64,000 bases of DNA, from NCBI RefSeq assembly GCF_006345805.1, contig NC_043005.1, positions 55,614,001 through 55,678,000 of the forward strand, written 5' to 3'. This stretch comes from Octopus sinensis (taxonomy: Eukaryota). A model generated the notes under the pieces. It saw only the letters and a list, made by a program, of their open reading frames with translations. It made no database searches and was not told where the DNA came from. This document shows positions 55,520-64,000 of the stretch, in pieces. The first letter of the stretch is position 1. Each line of letters starts with the position of its first letter. Both the position numbers and the translations under genes were made by a program.

Positions 55520-55927
55520 CAGATACCTATTTCTTTACTACCCACAAGGGGCTAAACACAGACAGGACAAACAAGGACAGACAAACGGATTAAGTCGATT
55601 ATATCGGCCCCAGTGCGTAACTGGTACTTATTTAATCGACCCCGAAAGGATGAAAGGCAAAATCGACCACGGCGGAATTTGAACTCAGAACGTAAAGACA
55701 GACGAAATACCTATTTCTTTATTACCCACAAGGGGCTAAACAAGGACAGACATAGGTATTAAGTCGATTACATCGACCCCAGTGCGTAACTGGTACTTAT
55801 TAATCGACCCCGAAAGGATGAAAGGCAAAGTCGACCACGGCGGAATTTGAACTCTGAACGTAAAGACAGACGAAATACCGCTAAGCATTTCGCCCGGCGT
55901 GCTAACGTTTCTGCCAGCTCGCCGCCT
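55520..55927 (-). mobile_element. Tandem pair of tRNA-derived SINE family B (Meta-SINE-like core)
   Basis: GGCGGCGAGCTGGCAGAAACGTTAGC head; TTTGCCTTTCATCCTTTCGGGGTCGATTAAATAAGTACCAG core. Other copies: ~12145-12600 (tandem, +), 15740-16070 (+), 19680-20010 (tandem, +), 25380-25461 (-), 57140-57300 (-). Confidence 0.88.
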
Positions 55928-56124
55928 TATACACACACAAAGATACCAGCTGACAATCAGCGTTATATTTTTCATTTATTTATTACAAGAATGATCTGCC
56001 ATTTATTGATGTAAATCATATTTTAGATCCAATGAATAATAATATATATTACATAATATCTTTGTAATTCACTGATTTTCTTTACAGTATTATCTTTTCT
56101 ATTCACTTCAACATTGAAGTTTAA

Positions 56125-56245
56125 TTTGTCAAAATATGTTCGTCGCTTTAAGACCGCGACCTGTTCACTGACAAAAATCCGTGCTGCACGGATTTTTGTC
56201 AGTGAACAGGTCGCGGTCTTAAAGCGACGAAAATATTTTGACAAA
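56125..56245. repeat. Near-perfect palindrome, two 60-bp arms with a 1-nt centre (central part of the foldback family also at 59691)
   Basis: Arms 56125-56184 and 56186-56245 are reverse complements with one mismatch (56138). Confidence 0.95.
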
Positions 56246-56246
56246 A
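56194..56246 (+). ncRNA. Putative minimal (PLE-type) hammerhead ribozyme with G3:C8 core swap
   Basis: Helix I UUUUGUCA/UGACAAAA (8 bp); core GUGAACA at 56202-56208; extra G; helix II GUCGC/GCGAC; GAAA at 56229-56232; palindromic AAUAUU in place of helix III; UUU cleavage triplet ending at 56238. Confidence 0.6.
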
Positions 56247-57319
56247 GAAGGAAAAAGAAAAACTGTGCGAAGCCCCAACCCACCCCGACACCACCCATAC
56301 CCTTGGAGTCCCAACCCTCCGACTAAAGGCGGTTCTCAGCCTGCTGCAGTCAAATAACTGAAACAAGTAAAGAGTAAAAGATTTCAATCTACACAAATGA
56401 ATGTGTGGAAAACAAAATAGCAATTTTGAAAGAAGTATCTTTAAACATCAAATGGCTATGGGGGTCCACCGGAACAGAATAGTAATCAAAAGAGCCCATA
56501 GGTAAAAGAAGGGGTTGAGAACTCCTGTTCTAATCTGATCATCTACTGATCCTCTGTTAGAATGAGAGTATGTGCCTGTGTGCATGCATGCGTGTGTGTG
56601 TGTGTGTGTGTGTGTGTTTGATGGTATCAGAAGATGCTGTTTGGTCATGTAACATGACAGCCAATATGTTTTTATATGTGTACGATTGTTTAGATGTGCA
56701 TGTGTGCTACATTCTTCCACATAGATGAGTGCGGTCATGCATGCAAGTGCATTTGTACATGGTCCAATGTGAGCAAGAATGTGTCTGTGTGTGCATGGGT
56801 AAATCGATTTATGCATGTGTGCATGTGTGGCTGTGCATGACTGATGGTTTGCTTTCATCCTTGTCTTAAAACTGTTTTGAACCTATTAACCCCGGTCGTC
56901 TGCCAAATAGTATTTTCTCTTGCTAAATGCCATAAAAATGTCTGCAATCATTTCCATTTTCTTTTTCTTTCACTTTCTCCTTGTGATATGCACTACTAAC
57001 ATGTTATGGTTGTGGTTTTGTTGTTGATATCATCATCATCATCATCATCATCATCCATCATCATCATCACTATCACAACCAAACCCACCATCACCATCGT
57101 CATTATTATTATTAATGATATTTTTCCTTTGATGTCTATTATAGACACAAGGCCTGAAAACTTGACTGGTACTTATTTCATTGACCCTGAAAAGATGAAA
57201 GGCAAAGTCGACCATAGTGGAACTTGAACTCAGTACATAAGGATGGATGAAATGCTGCTAAGCATTTTGCCCAGTGTGCTAGTGATTCTGCCAGCTCTCA
57301 ATAATTTCAGAGATGAAGA

Positions 57320-57560
57320 CAGAAAAAGGAATTCATTCTTGCTGCTCAAGACCAAGGTCTATACACAGTTCCTGTTCCTCAAAAGTGGAACAGGCCCCAA
57401 GTGAAGAGTCTGTGATGCCCACAATGAAACAATTAGCCATATAATATTTGGATGCTAGATACAACAGAGCTGGCTAATACATTCACTTGACTTCATGCAA
57501 AAAGCTTTGGTACTGAACATGCCAACTGCTGGTATAATAAACGCTAACCCAAACCAGTAA
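57320..57560 (+). mobile_element. Degraded R4/Dong-type LINE fragment (zinc-finger region)
   Basis: FILAAQDQGL...VCDAHNETISHIIFGC-like translation with frameshifts. Confidence 0.55.
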
Positions 57561-58451
57561 TTTTGAACTAATGGCGTTACCATCTTTTGAGATTTTATAG
57601 TATATAATGATTGTACAATTAATACCAAATATAATTGTTAAAGACTCCAAAAACAAGACCTACCTATTTATAAATTTGACAATATCATATGACAAAAGTG
57701 CATCTGTCTAGAATTATGTTGGTGAGTGCAAATTCTTCCCAGTATTGTACTGTGTCAGTTTGTTTTGTTATGGAGTCTGGTTGCAAGCTTTTGTTATATT
57801 AGTTTTGTTATATTGTATTCTGAGCTGTGTGTGTAATGTGAGTTGTGTTCTTCTGTTGGGTAACTGGCCTGTTGAAATGTTGGGGGAGGGGATAAGTCAA
57901 TTCCATCGACCACAGTATTTATGTTATATTTTTGTTAATAATACTGAGGAAGTGGGTTCACTGTGTAACAGGGTCAACCAGCTTGCATGTAATAACAGCA
58001 GTCAACTTACAGAAACACGTGCATTATATAAAGCATAAAATACTGGTAATATTTACTGTTCATTCATTGATATATATGTGTATATATAGTGTAATATTTT
58101 TAAAAAGGCTAAAAAAATGTGTGTATTTAAATGTGTATCAAAGACAAAATGAAAATAGAGAGAATTTGTGTGCATGTGCTTTGGAAGGAGAAATTGTATA
58201 ACATACATAGAATTTCCTGTATTTTCATGTTCTCCCAATATATTTTTCATTGCTCTATTCCAGCTTTTCTTATAGTAGCAGTATATGCTATATAATAAAT
58301 AAAACTACATTGACAGTGTACTTTTGTGGTGTACTTTTGTGGTTGTATGTTTGTTTGTTGACAGGTTTTTTTCAAATCCATTACTAGTTAATTATTTGGT
58401 ACCACTTTCTAGTTGTCTCCTTCTCTTTCTCTCTCTCTCTCCTTCACACTT

Positions 58452-58497
<46 letters not shown>

Positions 58498-58654
58498 CTC
58501 TCTTTCTCTCTCTCTCTCTCTCATCTTTTGTTCTGTTGTAAAACTTCAATTGCAATATGAAAACATTATTTCAATAAATTATAATCCATGGCATGTAATG
58601 AGTACTCAATTCAGTTTTCACATATGTATATCTACCTATCGATCTATCCATCTA

Positions 58655-58703
<49 letters not shown>

Positions 58704-59255
58704 ATCTATCTATCTAGCTATCTATTTATCTATCTATCTACATATCAATCTATATACATATATGTATGCATGCATGTATGTATGCATGCATCCATGAATG
58801 TATGTATGTAGTATACATGTATGCATGTATGTATGTGTGTATACAACTATTCATAGACATATCAGCGCATTCATATTATAAATATGTGTATGCAAACATT
58901 ATATGTATGTAAATATGTGTCTGTGATTGTGCATGTGTGTGTATGGAAGCATATATATATATAAATATATCTGTTTATTAGTCTGGATACATATGTATGT
59001 GTCTGTATCTATATGCAATATGTACACAAACACATTATGAAATCTGGTATTATATATGATGGCATATCATATTGATATCTGATCACAAATGTCATGATAA
59101 CGCACGGAATTTTTACATAGAGCTAAGTATAATATATGTTCACAGTTAAACATCTAAATATGAGCTAAATGTAGTGGAAATAATATATTACAAAAGAAAT
59201 ACTCATACATTTAGATTAGATTTTAACAGTACATGTAATACATACATACATACAA

Positions 59256-59289
<34 letters not shown>

Positions 59290-59609
59290 CATATATATAT
59301 ATTCTTATTCGTGTTATCATTGTTTTTACGTATTTTTGTATTCTTATTCATGGTAACATCGTCCATTTTCCCGTCCTTGTTTTCTATACATTCGAGGCTT
59401 TCTTCCAAGGAATCTAATGCGCTTGGCTTAGATTTTCCTTTGGGCTGGCCAGGTTGGAGCAATCTCAAGATTAATCAGCCGAAATTGCGAGGATGATCCG
59501 GTTCTTGACTGAAGATTGAAGGCTTCGAATATCCCGTCCGTGTTTTTTGCATCGTCTTCTAAATGTTTTGCGTTCTTGTCCCAGTTTGTATTTTTTTACA
59601 TATACATAC

Positions 59610-59645
<36 letters not shown>

Positions 59646-59690
59646 CTATATATATATAATATATATATATATATATGCATATGTATATAT

Positions 59691-60081
59691 ATTACAGAGA
59701 TGTACTTGCATAGCAAGTGACCTTATATGAGATTGTGTGCTGGAACGAAAACAATTGCAGCATGGAAGGTGTCTATAAGCCATTTAAAAACACACAAAAA
59801 CCATTAGATTCACTTCAACATTTAAATTTAATTTGGCAAAATATTTTCATCACTTTGAGACCACGAGCTGATCACTGACAGCATGGAATTTTGTCAGTGA
59901 TCAGGTCACAGTATCAAAGTCACGAAAATATTTTGGCAAATTAAATTTGAATGTTGAAGTGAATCTAACGGTTCTTTTGTGTTTTTAAATGGCTTATAAA
60001 CACCTTCTATGCTGCAACTGTTTTCGTTCCAGCATATGATCTCAGATCAGGTCACTTGCTATGCAAGTACATCTCCGTAAT
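59691..60081. mobile_element. ~390-bp palindromic foldback element; both arms retain a GUGAUCA...GAAA hammerhead-like core
   Basis: ATTACAGAGATGTAC...GTACATCTCCGTAAT termini. The arms pair along their whole length with scattered mismatches, and the centre is homologous to 56125-56245. Cores at 59897-59903 (+) and 59869-59875 (-). Confidence 0.85.
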
Positions 60082-60419
60082 ATATATGTAGATATATATA
60101 TAAAACTCCTTATACATACATACAGACAGACAGACTGATAGCTAACTATACATATATACATATATATATGAAAATATACATGTATGTGTATGTATATATA
60201 TATGTGTGCATGTATATACAGGTCTGTATATGTATGTATGTATGTCTATATATATAAATTTCACATATAATTATAATAATAAGGGATTTTGCAACAAGTT
60301 GCTTAAACCACATACTGAAAATATTAGAAATAGCAGCCAAAACACTACTATTTCCCTTTTACTACAAAAATAAGTCTCCACAGACAACAATATTTGTAAC
60401 TCACATATGGCAAAAAAAG

Positions 60420-60790
60420 AAAAAGAGTCCAGCTGAAGCAATAGAAGCATGATAACTTGCCATCTCCAAAGAAGGCTTGCATCCAACCCTCAACAGACAA
60501 GGTGATATTCACAATCTTTTGGGACCAGCATGGAGTAGTAATGATGGATTGTTTGGCAAAGGTCACCACAATTAACAGGGCATATTATGCTTCTCTACTG
60601 CAGAAATTGTGGGATGCCATCATAGCAGAGAAATGTGGCATGCTGACCAAAGGAGTCTGACTCTTCCAAGTCAATGTTTCAGTTCACAATGCACATGTTG
60701 CCCAGATGAAAGCACACTCCTGCAGCTATGAAATCCTTCCTTATCCCATTTACTCTCCCGACCTCTTTTCAACCATGAAATCCGTTTTGA
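60420..60790 (+). mobile_element. Mariner transposase fragment
   Basis: PSPKKACIQPSTDKVIFTIFWDQHGVVMMD...INRAYYASLLQKL...YSPDL. Confidence 0.85.
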
Positions 60791-61229
60791 AGGAACAGGA
60801 ACAGCTTGATGTGTTGGTGAACAGTCAATGGCATTGGCAAGCATAATAAAGATTAAAGTTGTAGTGGAGAAAAAGGTAGCTGACATGGAAGACTGGAAAC
60901 CATCTGATTATCGGGAAAGAGTTACCAGTATTATGAAGATTCACACCAGCTATCAAAATGCCAATATCATGCCTACTTTTCAATGTTCTATGAACATTGT
61001 AAATACTAAGAGATGTGACATGTACAGCTACAACAGAGACTACAAATAAACTCTCTCACACACGCACACACACACACACACACACACAGACAGAGCTCCT
61101 GTAAACATGACAGGTGTTCTGCCATTGAACCAAAGCAATTCTTTAAAGTCTTCTATCCATTTTAGAACCTTTATTCCTATCAGCAAGAATTGTATGATGT
61201 TGATGTCATAAGAATTTAGAAACTTTGAG

Positions 61230-62400
61230 AAAATTAGATAATTCCTTTGATAAATTCTCCATACCATCTGGCCATACCATTTTTTCTTGGGTTTCTTTTG
61301 AAGAGTGTGACCATTCATTGACATGCTGGAAAATAGCACTTTTTCTGTTTACCAAATATGGCCACTTTTGATGTAAATTTTTCTTGAACAAAGTCAAGTT
61401 GTTGGCAATAGACATCTGTATTGATGGTCTTTCCATTTTCCAGTAGCTCATAATGGACGATACCTTTCATGTTCCATCAAACACAGAGCAAGAGTTTCTG
61501 TGGATGGACTTCTGGTTTTGGTGTTTGCACTGTCCTCTCATTACATGATAACCATTGTCTTTTTCGTTTTCTTTTGTAATGGAAAACCTATTTTTCGTTA
61601 CCTGTAAATACGCACTGCAGAAATTACTGGTTATTATTCCTGGTTAGAAGACTTCTACAAATGGTGGAACATTGTGTTTGGTTCTCAATTATAAGCTCAT
61701 GCGGAACCCAAATTCATTCCTTGCATGTTTCCCCAATTTGCTTGAGATGTTTATGGATAGTTGAAGACACATTAAATTTATGCACTAATCTCTGGTACTT
61801 TGATATGAATCCAATGCAATAGTCTCATTGAAAAGGTCATCATTCAGAGTGGTTCGTCTTCTAGAGCAAGGCTTGTTGGATATGTCACAATCATTGTCTT
61901 TAACCCCTTCATTACCAACCCAGCTGAAACCGGCTCTGGCTCTGTAGTACAAATGTCTTGTTTTCATAAATTTTGAATTAAAATCTTTCACCAAACCTTA
62001 GTCACAATTTATGTTCCCAACACTAGCTTAATGATAATGAAGTTATTTTACTAAATTCTTTGTTACACCTAAAATAATTGAAAGAAACACAGAGCATCTC
62101 AAAATAAATGCGGTAACGAAAGGGTTAAACCTTTTAAACCACAGCTGATATGTACAAGCTTTCGCTGCATTTGGATACACATCACAAATGTTTTCATTGC
62201 TTCTGTAGCAGTACTTTTCTTTTGAAACTCACACAGTAAACAATGGCGAAATATGTTATTTCATAAAGTTCTTATCCTGCATGGGGTTAATTACCAAAAT
62301 AACTATGAATGACATACTACCAGACAGAAGAGATGATATACTATTTCTAGACAGTTCCTGCCCATTCAACCTTGGCTCATATGTGATTGGTTGATTCGTA
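61230..62400 (-). mobile_element. Degraded mariner interrupted by a piggyBac-type MITE
   Basis: Minus-strand mariner motifs on both sides of 61904-62124 join as ...WFKRF/KDNDCDISNKP... Confidence 0.7.
61904..62124. mobile_element. piggyBac-type MITE with TTAA TSD (same family as 13022)
   Basis: TTAA|CCC...AAAGGG|TTAA; collinear and similar to 13022-13240. Confidence 0.88.
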
Positions 62401-62579
62401 TTTCATAGTGGTGCAAAAATGTGTTCACACACACACACACAAACACATATGTATATATGCATGCATGTATGTAAAGATACAAATACATCACTAATTGCAT
62501 ACACACGCATACATATACCAAGTATACATACATGTGTGAGTGAGTGTGTGTGTGTGTGTGTGTGTGTAAGTGTATGTGT

Positions 62580-62679
<100 letters not shown>

Positions 62680-63424
62680 GTATTGTATGAGCAAATGGTT
62701 AGGAAGTTCACTTCACAACCACAAGTTCTAGGGTTCAAAATACAGTGTGTCATTTTGATTATATGCTATGTTCCATAACCCCGGATGAACCCATATCTTT
62801 TTAGCGAAACAGGGAAAGTGGAAACTGCATAGAAGCTATGCTTGATGGATTGTAACTGTACTTCAAAATGTACAGTCTTGTCACAGACCGTGCCATGCTG
62901 ATTCTGTCAAAGAATTATTTTAAGGTTACACATATTTGTTGAATGCTTAGTCAATTACAAGTTAATTCAATAGTGGGTAACTAAGTTGATTAAATAACTG
63001 AATCCTGATCTTTAAACGATAGAGACTACCATCATTGGCATCACCATGATGAGGTGGCTGTGTGATAAGAAGCTTGCTTCCCAATCACATGGTTCTGGGT
63101 TCAGTACTGCTGTGTGATACCTTGGGCAAGTGTTTTCTGCTGTAGCTTCTGGTCAGCCAAAGTCTTGTGAGTGGATTCATTAGATGGAAATTGAAAGAAG
63201 CCTGTCATATATGTGTGTGTGAGTGTGTGTGTGTGTGCGTGTGTGTATGTGTGTGTGTGTATGTGTGTGCGTGTATACACATATATATACACACACATAT
63301 ATTTATATACATATATATATAGAGATAGATAGATAGATTGATTGATAGATAGATATAGATACATGCATACACACACACTCACACACATGGTGGCCATCCA
63401 CTCGTGGCCAAGGAAAGCCATTAC

Positions 63425-64000
63425 TGACCTTTAGGAAAACTGTGTGCTCAAGACTACCTTATACTTTACACCTGCGGCTATAATTATACTAATGAGCCCT
63501 GCTCTTAACAAACATACACGACTGCAAACATTGCAAACCAAGCTTTCCGTATTCATTACACTGGCAGTGCATTTTTGAGCAGCACGCTTAAAATTCTTCA
63601 TGAAGAATACATACTCTTTCAAAGGTATCGACTCTCACCTTTATCTGTTTCCTCCATTTGTGGTGATGACAAGCATCACTCTCCCAGTCAACCTCCAGCA
63701 TTTCACAGGCCTTTAATGAGGACTTTACACAGTCCTTATATCACAGTCTTGGCTTCTGATGGGGTCGCTTTCCACAAACAAGTTCCCCATATAGCATCTG
63801 TTTAGGGATCCTGCTATCATTCATTCTAACAAGGTGTGCAGTCCAATGTAACCGGTGTTTGTGTACCATTGCCTCAATACTCAGGATATTGGCTTTCCTC
63901 AGGACCTGTGTATCTGGAGTTTTTAAGGTCCAGCCAACATTTAGAATATGTCTCAGGTATATCTGATGGAAGCATTCAAGGACCTTTACATGATCTTTGT
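63425..64000 (-). mobile_element. RTE (BovB-like) LINE 3' fragment, runs off the window edge
   Basis: LRHILNVGW...LHWTAHLVRMNDSRIPKQMLYGEL...KDCVKSSLKAC...VCNVCSRVC on the minus strand. Confidence 0.85.

Noticed and set aside
59495-59530. CTGAAGA...CTTCGAAT in the 59290-59600 repeat (and the 16490-16525 homologue)
   Set aside because: GAAU instead of GAAA and no consistent helix II or III; not called a ribozyme.

Overview
AT-rich, microsatellite-saturated eukaryotic DNA. The SINE, LINE and microsatellite repertoire looks like an Octopus (cephalopod) genome; this is inferred from recognition, not from a search. There is one 100-N scaffold gap at 25462-25561. I could not identify any host protein-coding exon with confidence, and almost all ORFs in the supplied track are microsatellite or antisense artefacts. 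The window is a mosaic of mobile DNA. It contains a full-length but frameshifted Tx1-clade LINE (41349-47633, minus) sitting inside a (GATA)n tract, and R4/Dong-type LINE fragments bounded by (TACA)n. It also holds RTE, CR1 and Penelope fragments, several tRNA-derived SINE families, mariner/Tc1, Chapaev-like, MULE-like, piggyBac-type and Helitron-type elements, and solo LTRs. The most notable signal is a set of Penelope-type hammerhead ribozyme (HHR) motifs from several distinct repeat families. Three different foldback families are built as head-to-head inverted pairs of hammerheads reading outward from the centre. One family has a compensatory G3:C8 swap in the catalytic core, and another has U at the normally invariant A6. 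All alignments and folds were done by eye, and boundaries of degraded elements are approximate.
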